Positions 1-11,989 of a DNA stretch of 64,000 nucleotides are shown piece by piece. Origin of the DNA: Octopus sinensis. Its lineage: Eukaryota. Under the pieces are notes generated by a model. The model did no database searches. It worked only from the letters and a program-made list of their open reading frames with translations, and was not told the origin of the DNA. Within the stretch, counting starts at the first letter, position 1. Each line of letters begins with the position of its first letter. The stretch is taken from the NCBI RefSeq assembly GCF_006345805.1, contig NC_043008.1, forward strand, positions 23,498,001 to 23,562,000. Reading direction: 5' to 3'. Both the position numbers and the translations under genes were made by a program.

Positions 1-45
1 TACATACATACATACATACATACATACATACATACATACATACAT
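1..45 (+). repeat. (TACA)n microsatellite
   Basis: Direct tandem TACA run at window start. Confidence 0.95.
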
Positions 46-128
46 GTTTTTGTAGGCCCTGCATATATACATACAAACATAAATACACGCACACACATTA
101 TTGGATAGACACAATTATATTTTTTATC

Positions 129-210
129 TGCTACTATTAGTTTCATGTGTTGAGAACATACCAAACAGTGTTTTATAACATGTCTGGTGTCCCAGAGCAA
201 TCATCAGACA
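129..210 (-). ncRNA. Type-I hammerhead ribozyme motif with long stem II
   Basis: Minus strand: tgt-CTGATGA-[~56-nt imperfect hairpin]-GAAAC-TAATA-GTA-gca; intact core, 3-bp stem I. Confidence 0.55.
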
Positions 211-699
211 CTGCCTACATGACATAACGAGCTAAAAATGGGACGAGAGAAAAAGCGAGAAAATTCGAGAAGGAAGTATATATAAAATGTGATTAAAAGT
301 TTGAAAGATTGAAAAACCGGAAAACCAGAAAGAAATCAGAAAGAAGCAAAAGGGAAATGAGAGTTATTTCCTTTAGACCGTTAATTATATGGCTGTAAAA
401 GATAGTGGGTTAGAACCTATGGTACAGTTAATCACTCTGGTGAGGGAGGTACTTCCCAATTCTTCAAAAGGAGCTAAGGCATCAGCGCATGAAATAAATA
501 GTAGCATATAAAAACATATTTTGTGTATTAAATAATATTTATCTCTTAACAGATGGAGTATTTTTTTGCTGACCTTACCATCACGGTACAGTATACTATG
601 TATGTCCACACATGACTTTCTACTGCAAATTAATAACATTCATATGTTTGAGTGACTTTAAAAATTTTAGCAATTTACACGCTATTATCGATTTATACC

Positions 700-934
700 T
701 ATTTCTTAATTACCCACAAGGGGCTAAACACAGAGAGGACAAACAAGGACAGACATAGGTATTAAGTCGATTACATCGACCCCAGTGCGTAACTGGTACT
801 TAATTTATCGACCCCGAAAGGATGAAAGGCAAAGTCGACCTCGGCGGAATTTGAACTCACAACGTAACGGCAGACGAAATACCGCTAAGCATTTCGCCCG
901 GCGTGCTAACGTTTCTGCCAGCTCGCCGCCTTGA
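700..934 (-). mobile_element. Octopod tRNA-derived SINE (family A) with 16-bp TSD
   Basis: Minus-strand tRNA-like head (GGCGGCGAGCTGGCAGAA...GAGTTCAAATTCC), central GCCTTTCATCCTTTCGGGGTCGATAAA motif; TSD attatcgatttatacc at 684-699 and 935-950. Confidence 0.9.
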
Positions 935-959
935 ATTATCGATTTATACCACATGGATT

Positions 960-2085
960 ACTCCACTAAGAACATACACCACTGAATTGCCTATGTTTCA
1001 GGATACTCCTCGAGAAAGTTGAAGAGCTCGTGAATCGGATGAGATGGAAAGCCTTATTTTTTATACTACACTATCTTTAACGTATGCGGAATTTAAAGAC
1101 ACGTAAATACCCTCCTACTGTTAAAAATTGATTCCCTTTTGAGACAGACCTCCTCGATTTAATTAGCAATGTTAGATTCTGTAAGTACCATAACACCTTT
1201 CAAACTAAAATGAAATCTGATATTAAAAATTAGAAGTTCTAAAAAGAAGTTCGTATTTTCTGATAAGGCCAAGAACCTGTATGAAGTTACTAATGATCTA
1301 TTCCACTGAATATAAGAGAGCTAACACAGAATGATACAACGATATTAATGATGAGGCTAAATTTCTCGCTAAACGTAGTAAAATCGACATTAGATTAGAA
1401 TGCTTAGCTAAAAGGAAGCCTTTATTATTTTACAAGATCATAAATCTAATTTTCATAATAAACCCACTTTAGGTTGTTAAACCCAGCGAGGTCTGAAATT
1501 GCACTACAAGCTAACAAAATGCTAAGAAACATTAATAATAAAATTAGAGAGACCACTAGACTTTAACAGTAGAATAATAGTTTTGCTGCAATAGATTGGT
1601 TCAAGAACATTAAAAATAAGAAGACTAGATTCACTAAGTATGACATTATAGATTTTATACCTCCATATCGCTGCTTGATAAAGCCATCAAGCTTGCTAAA
1701 TCAGGCATGTGCAAAAACACTACTGTTTAGTTAGGGCTCAGCATGGGTAAAAAAGTCGGTTAATAATGAATTATTCGATATATCTATGGTGTCATAAAAT
1801 AGTACTGACATCTGCGATATAGTGAGTCTCTTTGTAATCGAGCACACTGAGATCTAAGTACCCATCTCAAGACGGCCTATACTGAGACAACAGTTTGGGT
1901 ATTTCTCATGGTTGTGATGGTCACACCTTCCAGTCAATTAGGCCTTAAAATCACAGTCGCTACTAATCCATCTATAGCTGATTTTTCAGATGTCTAGACC
2001 TGAACTCCTCTAATAAACTTTACCATAAATCTAACAAGAAACTTTACTATATACCTAGTTTTGTCACCCTCCTGTAATATTCAAA
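960..2085 (+). pseudogene. Decayed Penelope-like element ORF (N-terminal region and RT)
   Basis: Frameshifted translation LLEKVEELVNRMRWKALF, DHKSNFHNKPT.RLLNPARSEI, WFKNIKNK..F.KYDIIDF, WVKK..NELFDISM matches PLE RT motifs. Confidence 0.75.
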
Positions 2086-2180
2086 TGCCTGAGTCAGGTG
2101 CATTTTCAAGCCCCCACAAAAATCTTTTATATTTTTTCTGCGGGAGAATTCACTTCTTCTCATATACGTATGTATATATA

Positions 2181-3473
2181 CGAGGGGCGTTCAATAAGTA
2201 ATGCCCCTGACCCACTTCCCATAGCAGTAGAGCAACGAAACTTGGCACAGGTATTAGTCTTTTTCTACATAGAAACAACCCAGAGGTACGCATTTCTCCC
2301 ATCGTTTGATGCAGTTCCGGAGACCGTTTTCGTAGAAGACCCCAGCTTGGTCCTCCAACCACGACGTGACTTCAGAAATCAAGGCTGCATCATCTGGGAA
2401 ACGCTTTCCTTTCAAAAACAACTTCATGGCTGGGAAGATGTGAAAATCAGAGGGTGCAAGGTCAGGAGAGTAGGGGGATGGTGGAAGAGTTCATAGCCGC
2501 ACGCCTGTGCTTCTGATCTGGCGACAAGCGAGTTGTGGACCGGAGCGTTGTCCTGCAGGAGGAGGATGCTTTTGCTGATCTTGCCCCGCCTCTTGGTTTC
2601 GATAGCTTCTCTTAATTTCCCCCAAAAGTGAAACATGATAGGCTCCTGTAATTGTGGTACCCTTTGCCAGGAAATCTGTCATCACTACTCCGTCCTGGTC
2701 CCAGATGACTGTGAGCATGACCTTGCCAGCGGAGGGCTGCACCCTTACCTTCTTTGGAGGAGGTGATTCATGGTGCTTCCACTGCATTTACTGGGCTTTG
2801 GTCTCTGGATCATCGTGATGGACCCAGGTTTCATCCTGTGTAATCAGTCTTTTGAAAAATTTTGACTCATCTTCTTGGCACATCCCTAAATTCTTGCTTC
2901 TGGAATTCTTGCGTTCTTGCTTCTGGAAAAGTGTGAGCAACCTGGAAATCAATCTGGCAGACACCTTTTGCATATGCAAATGGTCATGAATGATAGTTTC
3001 CACAGACCCTGTACTAATCTTGACCTCATGGGCTATTTGGCGAATAGTTATGCGTCGATCTTCCAAAATGGCAGCCTCAACTTGACGGACAGATGCCTCA
3101 TCAATGGCAGAAGGGGGCGACCAGATCTGGGAGCTGTTTCCACAGAGTTCCGACCATGTTTGAATTCACGATGCCAGCGTTTTACAAGGTCATATGATGG
3201 GGCATCATCACCATAAGTTACTTTCATTTCATCAAAAGTCTCCCGTGGTGTGCGTCATTTCAAATACAAAAAACCGGATCACTGCTCGACACTCAACATG
3301 CTCCATTTCCCACTTGACTCATTTCAAACACCTGTAAATCAGAAACCACAATTAGTTCGGAGCTGTAATTTGCCACTTACTCTATAGAGATATCAATAAT
3401 TGCACATGCAAACTTTCAGCTAGATCAAACAACTGCAAGTGGGTCAGGGGCATTACTTATTGAACGCCCCTCG
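2181..3473 (-). mobile_element. Mariner DNA transposon, irritans-like, copy 1
   Basis: TIRs CGAGGGGCGTTCAATAAGTAATGCCCCTGACCCACTT at both ends, TA duplication, 1293 bp. Confidence 0.95.
2254..3306 (-). pseudogene. Mariner DD34D transposase, frameshifted
   Basis: ORF pieces 2788-3066, 2491-2787, 2424-2636: ITQDETWVH, SAGKVMLTVIWD, LLQDNAPVH. Confidence 0.92.
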
Positions 3474-3536
<63 letters not shown>

Positions 3537-3565
3537 AAAAAGGAGATGTGGAACACGAGTTGTGA

Positions 3566-3868
3566 TATATAAAAAAGGAAATGAAGAAAATGCTGACAAA
3601 ATAATTTAAGTAATTTAAGTAATTTAATTAGGTGAAAGTTCTTTTTACCGGTTGCGCATTTGTTATGCTTATCAAAAGATGTTTTTTTAAAGAGAGATAG
3701 AGTTACTTTCTGATAGATTTTTTCCTCTTATCTATTACAAAAAATCTATCACTCTTAAAAAAACATCTTTTGATAAGCATAACAAATGCGCAACCGGTAT
3801 AAAGAACTTTCACCTAATTAAATTACTTAAATTATTTTGTCAGCATTTTCTTCATTTCCTTTTATATA
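3566..3868. repeat. Foldback palindrome (~130-bp arms) between (TA)n tracts, decayed HHR in each arm
   Basis: 3566-3695 is the reverse complement of about 3752-3868; arm motif TTGATAA-GCAT-aacaa-ATGC-GCAAC-CG-GTA. Confidence 0.85.
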
Positions 3869-3871
3869 TAT

Positions 3872-3958
<87 letters not shown>

Positions 3959-3961
3959 TAT

Positions 3962-4026
<65 letters not shown>

Positions 4027-4029
4027 GTA

Positions 4030-4093
<64 letters not shown>

Positions 4094-4140
4094 GTATATA
4101 TATATATGCATACACACACACACACACACACATATATATA
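3864..4140. repeat. (TA)n/(CA)n compound microsatellite
   Basis: Direct inspection; source of YIYI pseudo-ORFs. Confidence 0.95.
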
Positions 4141-4279
4141 AACGGATGTGTGTATTTTTCCCTTGTTTACAATTAACACAGAAAAAATAAGCAGTTACCA
4201 GGGCAGCAAAAAATCACACGAGTAATAAGAAACTCCGGGTTGATGTGAAATATTTTGTATAATATAAATAAATAAATAA

Positions 4280-5987
4280 ATAAATGGAATTAAACGCAGG
4301 TGTTATCCAAATTCTTTTACTTCCGACATATGTGTAAAACAGTGTAATCTTCTCATCAGGGAAAGAAAGAGAGAAACCAAACTCATCAATAGGACATTTT
4401 AACAGAATGTGATGGATGTGTATAATGATGAACAGAACGCTATTAAGTTAATCTTAGGCGTCGTTTTTGATGATGATGTAACGAAAACCAACGTTTTAGA
4501 TATTACACTTAACTTACACAATAATTCGTACTTCCCATACCACAAACCATCAACCAATCTTTAGTATATTAGCCAAGCCAATTCAGTAATCATTCTAGGG
4601 CAATCACTAAGAATTTAGTTCAAAATTCAGATTGTCTAAGTTATCTGCTAATGCTGACATTTTCAACGACAAGGCTGAATTTTATAACTCTGCCTTACTT
4701 AAAGCAGGCTATACAGAGAACGTTACCTACATTAATTCTATTCAATCTTATTCTACTTTTAGTAATGGAGACATGAACGATTTTAATTTTAATTTAGACG
4801 CCAACACCAAACAGAGGAAGGTTTTTTACAGTGTAAGGGAGATAACTGTTATTTAAGCCCTTTTTTCATTCTATAAGTAAATCAATTTCTTTTACAGATA
4901 GTTACACTAAAAATAAGGCAACTGCTAGCAAAACAATTTGGTTTATTATTCCTTGTGAGAGACAAATTAAATCTAATCTTCCTTTCCAATTATGGGAAGC
5001 TATTATTAAGAAGTTTCCAAAGAATTCTAGGTATTACTCGATCAACTCGCACACGGTTAGGATCAGTTTTTCCAACACAAAAGATCTTTCACATAATAAT
5101 AGTCTGTTAAATAAGAATCCAATTACTAATACTAACATTAATTTAGCTAATACTGACCATACCGCGAGAAATATTAACAACAATGTTATTGTCTCTGAAG
5201 TTAATTCCAACAGAATTAAGTTTGTGTCTTACTAAGACTAAAGACTCTATATATCAGGGTAAAATTACTTCCGGTACGGATGTCTTTTTGTATAGGTAAC
5301 TCTTCTCAGCTATCTAAAAGAATTTCTAATCATTACTCTACATTTAGGGCTTGTAGTAAACGCAAAAGTACAGGGCTTAGTAAATTAATTTGGTATCTAA
5401 ATGATCATCATAAACAATTTAATTTAGATTGGTTGATTCTCTCCATTTCATTCCCATACGATAAAGGCAAAAGATTATTGCCAGCTCTATAATAGTGAAC
5501 TATTTTATATTCTATTTTCTAAGAATTCCCTTGTAAACACGTTTATAGAGCGTGCTTATCGATTGGCAGAAACATACTTTTAGTTCATATAAGTGATATC
5601 TACCATTATATATAATTTGAACATTGATTTCCTTCTTACATTTCACTTCTACTAGATATATCTATTTCCAGGCCTTTAATCTTTTATTTTAATTCATATA
5701 TCGCGCTATATTTCTCCTTTATTAGTTTTCTGCTTATTTCTTTCCTTTACCCATTCTCTTTCTATAGGCTTCCTTTGACGTTATATATTCTAACGTTTTT
5801 TAAAAAAAAAACGTAATAGCGTTCCGTTCATCATTATACACATCCATTACATTCTGTTAAAATATCTTATTGAGGAGTTTGGTTTCTTTCTTTCTTTCTC
5901 TGATGAGAAGATTACCTTTTTTACATCATTTTATTCCTATGTCGGAAGTAAAAGAATTTGAATTACATCTGCATTTAACTCCATTTA

Positions 5988-5990
<3 letters not shown>
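4280..5990 (+). mobile_element. 5'-truncated Penelope-like element bounded by inverted pseudo-LTR copies
   Basis: 4280-4445 is the reverse complement of about 5815-5990; interior encodes RT C-terminus and GIY-YIG remnant. Confidence 0.8.
4445..5590 (+). pseudogene. PLE RT thumb and GIY-YIG endonuclease remnant
   Basis: NVLDITLNLHNNSYFPYHKP; IFNDKAEFYNSALLKAGY; SNHYSTFRACSKRKSTGLSKLIWYLND..FNLDWLIL..PYDKGKR. Confidence 0.8.
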
Positions 5991-6017
<27 letters not shown>

Positions 6018-6019
<2 letters not shown>

Positions 6020-6389
6020 CTTTTCTTTATTCCAGTCATTTGACTGCGGCCACACTGGAGCACCGCCTTGAAGGATTTTAGTCGAATAAATCGACCCCAT
6101 GACTTATATTTTAACCTTAATACGTATTCTATCGTTACTACCGATTGTCAAGCGGTGAAGGGGGAGATAAACATACACACATACGCACGTAAACACAGAC
6201 ATACACACATACTCACACATATATATACACGACGGTCTTTCGGTTTTCGTCTACCAAATCTAATCACAAGGCCTTAGTCGGCCGGAGGCTATAGTAGACG
6301 ACACTTGCCTAAGGTGCCACGCAGGGAGACTGAACCAGGAAACATATAGTTGGGAAGCAAGCTTCTTATTATAGAACTATGCCTGCGAC
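6018..6389 (-). mobile_element. Octopod CORE-type tRNA SINE (OR2-like), diverged
   Basis: tRNA-like head, CACCTTAGGCAAGTGTC core-like motif, tail GGCGGTGCTCCAG..GGCCGCAGTCAAATGACTGGAA. Confidence 0.85.
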
Positions 6390-6614
6390 TATATATATAG
6401 CCAACTGGAAGAGATGTCTTCCTGGGGTTATAAACCTCAGTAGCAGTGTCCCCTACAGGAGGCCACACTTGGTTGGCAATTATATATTACGAATCTGTAT
6501 TGCTTCTGTTTACATCTCGCTCAGAGATTTTACATAGCCTATATATAAAACAATAAGATAAGAAAATAGAGAGATAATAAATTATTATTTATTAATTAAA
6601 AAATTGACAAACAT

Positions 6615-6650
6615 TTTTTACAGCTGTTTCAATTCTAGGCCTTCAGAAAA
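6615..6650 (-). ncRNA. Degenerate minimal HHR motif
   Basis: Minus strand: tttt-CTGAAGG-cctagaatt-GAAAC-AGCT-GTA-aaaa; palindromic stem III loop, A9 changed, stem II unpaired. Confidence 0.45.
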
Positions 6651-7059
6651 TTAATTAATAAAATTTTAAATTATTTGAATGTCGAATCTTCTCAGAGGTA
6701 GTTTAAGATATACAAAATAGGTGTTCAATTCATGCATGTTGATTATACGGCTGCAAACCGTTGACTGATAAAATTTATGCATAAAGAATATAGTATAAAA
6801 CATGGTATAGACTTTAGAAAGGGGAGCAAAGTAGTGTATATTGGAGTTGTAAAGTAAGAATAGGTCAATATATTCATCTAGGGTGTTTAGTAAAAGTAGA
6901 TACATTGGTAGAAATGTCATATATTGCGATATTATGTCCATACATATTAAAGCAATAGAAAATTAGTATGTAGAGTTTAATTCATGTATGTATAGTTATT
7001 ATTAATATTTGATTAAGGTGGAAGTCATTCCAGGCAATCTATTACTTATTGTAAATATC

Positions 7060-7279
7060 TATTTCTTTATTGCTCATAGGGGGATAAACACGGAAGGGGA
7101 CAACGAAGGACAGACAAAGGAATTAAGTTGATTACATCGACCCCAGTGCGTAACTAGTACTTATTTAATCGACCCCGAAAGGATGAAAGGCAAAGTCGAC
7201 CTCGGCGGAATTTGAACTCAGAACGTAACGGCATTTTACCCGGCGTGCTAACGATTCTACCAGCTCGCTGCCCTAATAT
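7060..7279 (-). mobile_element. SINE family A copy with 18-bp TSD
   Basis: Homologous to 700-934; TSD ttacttattgtaaatatc at 7042-7059 and 7280-7297. Confidence 0.9.
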
Positions 7280-7414
7280 TTACTTATTGTAAATATCGAA
7301 AGGGTTAAAAATATTAGATATATTAACTATGCTAGGGTTCATAACACTTTAAAATAAAACAAAGAATAAAAAAAAATAAAATAAAATACATAGGGTAAAA
7401 AAGTAAAAATAAAA

Positions 7415-8870
7415 TCTCTCTATATAAAATAGAGGTTGTCTGTGTGTCATTGTGTGTGTCTGAGTGTCTGGCGTTCCGGATTCTTCTTCGAAACTAGCCG
7501 ACGCTTTTTTTTTTGAAACTTTACATATCGATGCATTTTTGGACGAGACGGGTCGTGACACTATTGATTTTTTTCATATTGATATCGGATCTCCTCCAAA
7601 AATCAATAAATCATTATCGATTTTTTCAAAGTTGTCCGATTTTCATCAAAATCAACATACTTATGCATTTTTATCTAAGGAGTTTAATATCATCTTTAGT
7701 TTTTTCAAATTCCGTTTCGTTTGAGCACAGGATGAGAACCGACTCAAAAAATTTCGTTTTGGACATAGCGTCTTAAGCTTTTATCCGATTGCGCTCAACT
7801 TCGCGTCTAATGTACATTAGACTCTAACCTACAGCTTGTAAAAATTTGTATACTTTTAGGGTGCTTCCTTTGCGAGGTGTAGCACATCGAAAAAAATCGA
7901 TAATGCTTTAGCGCCTCCATCCTTTGAACAAATGTCTTATAGGTTTGCACACATGCGCACTGTGCACCAAACATTATGTATCACTGTTAAAATGCTTCAA
8001 TTTCTCTTATTAAACTACTGTTTATCAACTTATTATTTGTTATTTATTACATTTGAGAATTCATACATTTGACGAAAGATTTTCTTCAAAATTGTAACAC
8101 TGAATAGATTTTTTAGGAGGTATTTCTACGTTTTAAATTTTTTCGATTCCCATGGATTTGTGGGCCACAATTGAAAATAAAACAATTCTTTACGGTATTT
8201 CACGTGAAAGGTTTTTTTTTGTGAACTGCCTTGCACGTAAACATGCAGCTTATACGCGTAAGGTGAAAACTCGATATTTTTTACGCGCGTGGAATCTCAA
8301 GCAAAGTTTATTCAGCGCTTATAAACAGCTGGCATTTACATGGACAGGAATCATGTTATAATGTGAATTTCAACTCCGACGATGCATTCTTATCGTATGG
8401 GATAAGTACACAATGGCTCATAGAGGAGGCTAAGAGACATTAGACAGAAATTTGGGGGATGTACGAGATAGTCAGGCTCCAATGGGTGGTGCAACGTTTC
8501 TACTGTCAGGTGACTTTAGACAAACTCTTCCTGTCATTCCTAAACGTACGAGGGCAGATGAAGTACAAGTGTGCCTTAAGTCCTCACCGCTGTGGTGTCA
8601 TGTTACAACACTTACGCTATCCACAAATATGAGAGCCTGAATTTATGGTGATCGAAATTCTTCCCAGTTTGCTAAAGATATTTTGGAACTTGGTGACGGT
8701 AAGGTGCCATTGAACGCGACAGGTGAACTAGACATCTCGCCACTTTGTACCATTGTATCTTCTATCAATGAACTAAGGGACAAGGTGTTCCCGAATTTGC
8801 AGGACAACTACTACAATCTTAACTGATTGTGTGAAAGAGCAATACTTGCTCCTAAGAACATCAACGTAAG
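7415..8870 (+). mobile_element. Internally deleted, 3'-truncated Helitron
   Basis: 5' TCTCTCTATATAAAA start followed by GTCT/GT repeats; PIF1 helicase remnant downstream. Confidence 0.65.
8380..8870 (+). pseudogene. Helitron PIF1-like helicase fragment
   Basis: LIVWDKYTMAH, PMGGATFLLSGDFRQTLPVI, CLKSSPLW, LSTNMR, LCERAILAPKN with in-frame stops. Confidence 0.9.
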
Positions 8871-8879
8871 CAAGTTGTG

Positions 8880-10450
8880 TTGCAATAAGCTCGATTTTTG
8901 TAGATGGCGTATGGCTCCGGGGCCAATCCATGGATGTCTTGTGAACTTGATACCGGCATCATTTGAAGAATATTGATGGACATTGTAAAAATAATTTAGC
9001 GTTCGCAGTGGCGTTGGAGAACTTAAAGTGTAAACATATTGATGTGATCTCTGTCATATCATCTACTTATTATTTTTTACGATCGATTCCTGGGGTGCTT
9101 CTTTTCTCTTAATGTTTCTTTTTTTATAAGCGGGAGTCATAGTGGGCAGCAATACTGAAAGTGAGACCAAAAAAGGTAGGGAAGAGAGGAATGATGGCAT
9201 CAGGAGATCAGGGCTAGAAAGTTCTAAGGATTCATGAGTACATTTTTCAGGCTATTTCGACTTTATTATTAATGTGCGCGCTCCAGCTTAGGTTGTTTTC
9301 CAAAGATACACCTAAGTCTCTGATGTTATTTGGCACGAGGCGAAGCTAACCCCAGGGAAGGGAATATGACTGTTATGTATATTCTCTTTTCCAAAATGGA
9401 TGAGCTCGAATTTTTGTCTCATTTGTTTTGCTTTGCATTTTTTTGCTCATTGAATCCCAGCGTATAGAATGGATTGGAGCTCTGTTGGTCAGCGTACTCC
9501 CTTGATGGCTTTCTGGAGCTTAGAGTCATATTTGATTTTACTAATTTTAGTGACATTTCCAATGTTATTTAAGTAAACAAGCAAAGCGGGCCTAACACTG
9601 TAATCGGATGGTACAGTATTTTTGGTGGTCTTGAGGGTACACTATATATATCTGGTCTCGAGGGCACACTGAGAGTACACTATGTTAGCTAGTTCCATCG
9701 ATCACAGTATATTGGATTCTGTTTGACATCAAACACACTTAATCCACTGCAGTCTACTACGGACACTGACTCTGAATAATTTCTTCTGCAGAATTGTGTA
9801 GTCGATTGTCTAAAACTTTACTGATGTCAGTATTGTAGCTCTCTATCTTTTAGGATGTTGTAGAAACTGTGTTAAGCAGTCTCTACCACTACAAACACTA
9901 TTTTGATTTGGATCATGCAATTAGTTTTTCTCCAGAAAAGTCACTACCCTCTCGAATACTTTAATGATGTGAGAAGTTTGTGAGATTAAAGGGCCAACAA
10001 CTTATTTCTATTTCTAAAACACGGTGTTGACATAATACAGAAAATATTTACGAATAGATCGAAGTCAAGTGAATTCTTCCAGAAATTAGCAAGAAGGTGT
10101 GCAAGTGATGTATGCATTCTTGAAGGATAATAGCAAGGAATCTGTAAGGATTCACCGTTGAATTGTGTTGAATTTTATTAATGTTTGCAATGATGTCTAC
10201 AGTATAGAAAGTTATGTCAAGAAAGATATGTTGAGGAGTTACAAGAAAACTGCATCAAAATCTCTCAAAGAAGAGCTGTGTTTCTTCTGTAGGATCTCCA
10301 CCATATATTTTGCATCATTTTTAAGGACGTTACGTTCATCGATCAGTGAGCCAATGGATGACAAAATAGTTGTATGCGTTTTTGCAAAAGAAATAGGGTT
10401 TGCGATTGTATCTTAAGTTTTAATGACCCGAGCTCCCTTAGTTGTCCTTT
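8880..10450 (-). mobile_element. Decayed CR1/L2-like LINE RT fragment
   Basis: Minus strand: SQTSHIIKVFERVV; IRDLGVSLENNLSWSAHINNKV; ILRTF; boundaries approximate. Confidence 0.65.
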
Positions 10451-10872
10451 GATCATTGAGGAACATCACGCTGTTTTGACGGTGTTGCTTTTTAGATTCT
10501 GTTGTATTTGAGATGGAGTACTGCTGCTGGCAGTATTTTAACCGATATGTTTTATTTGTTTGCTCCTACTTATTTCACTGATGGGTGTTATCCTCTCACA
10601 AGTGAGTCTGCATCTGTTTTTGATGATGGCCGTGCTGGGTCGTGGTTAGCATATGTAAGTGTTATTGTCGTCAAATATCTGCCAAATTACTTTTATTTCA
10701 GAGGGTCTGAGAGTGAAGGACCAGTCCATAAACGGTAGGTTATGCACAACTGCACTCCTCCAGTTCGCTTTATGTTGTCAAATGGGGGCACTGGGGTCAG
10801 TGACTTTGAACTAATCTTAGGATGTTGAAAGACAAGTCTATATAAAGGTTCATACACACATACATACATCAT

Positions 10873-10952
10873 ACGTGCATGCATACACATACATACATAC
10901 ATACATACATACATACATACATACATACATACATACATACATACATACATAC
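10873..10952 (+). repeat. (CATA)n microsatellite
   Basis: Direct inspection. Confidence 0.95.
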
Positions 10953-10959
10953 ATCACAT

Positions 10960-11470
10960 CACATCATATTACTGAGAGAATGTCTTCGAGATATTGTATT
11001 CCCATGAGGCTTGATAAGGTGGCCAGAAGAGTTTGGAACCGGATAACAAAAAAGACAACACCTACAAACGAAATTGACCATTTTGAGACTGATGGGTCAA
11101 AAGAATACTAGTGGAACTTGAAAATTAAAACAACCATCAATTTGAAATGTAACCGACCAGGTATCATTGTGTGAAACGACAAAGGAAAGATTTGTTGTGG
11201 AAGTCAGCTGCCCACTGAACACGAATGTTAGAAAAATACAAGAGAAAGCGGACATCTATGGACCATTGATAAGGAGTTCACAAACCCAGTACCCAAGATA
11301 CACTTTCAGCTTCATACCCATTATTACTGGAGCAACAAGATACATACCAACGAAGTATGGCAGAACTTGGAATCTTGGGGAGAGAATGATAATCCTTAAT
11401 TTGCATTCTTAAAAAGTCCATATCTGGGATTATAACAGTCTGCAATACCTTCTTAAGATTTAAAGAATGA
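10960..11470 (+). mobile_element. R4/Dong-like RLE LINE 3' fragment
   Basis: MSSRY..PMR.DKVA; WNLKIKTT..KCNRP; VEVSCPLNTNV..EK..YGPL; FIPIITGA (restriction-like endonuclease region). Confidence 0.7.
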
Positions 11471-11989
11471 CACTTGAAACAAGATACTTTCCTTCCCAAC
11501 CTTGGCACTATGTTGGTGGCCAGTCAAAATTTACTCTGAATTAAAAAGAGAAAGAGAAGAATATACATATATACATACATGCATGCATACGTACATATTT
11601 ATATAGCTATATGTTTATACATATATACAAAAGGATATAAATATATCTACGTATGTGCATATATATGTGTGTGTATATGTTATGAATTAATGTTATATAC
11701 AAGGAGGTTCAGTTAAACAAATAAATAAAAAACTTTTTAGTCAATTTAATGAAAAGAAGTGGGATAAAGATAGAAGGGAAACAAACTGCTTGAGTTGTAA
11801 CTCTTTCATTTTGCAGGAGTGTGTGTTTTGTATATATGCATATATATATGTATGCACTGTGTGTGTTATATATGTACATAAATGTGTATACATGTGTATG
11901 TAAATATATGGACAAGTCAGTGTATACATTTGAATATAAATATACATACCTATATACATACATGTATATATCTCTATCCAATATATGTA

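Noticed and set aside
985-1012. HHR-like CTCGAGGA..GAAAC on the minus strand
   Set aside because: Core has an insertion, there is no GTH, and it lies in PLE coding sequence.
2098-3216. Plus-strand ORFs 2098-2496 and 2917-3216 (and minus-strand 12299-12646)
   Set aside because: Antisense shadows of the mariner transposase.
3827-4190. Long [12 protein letters not shown] ORFs (also at 16.1-17.5, 27.9-28.7, 29.7-30.9, 35.7, 37.7, 40.8, 51.3 and 59.4 kb)
   Set aside because: Translations of dinucleotide microsatellites that lack stop codons; not genes.
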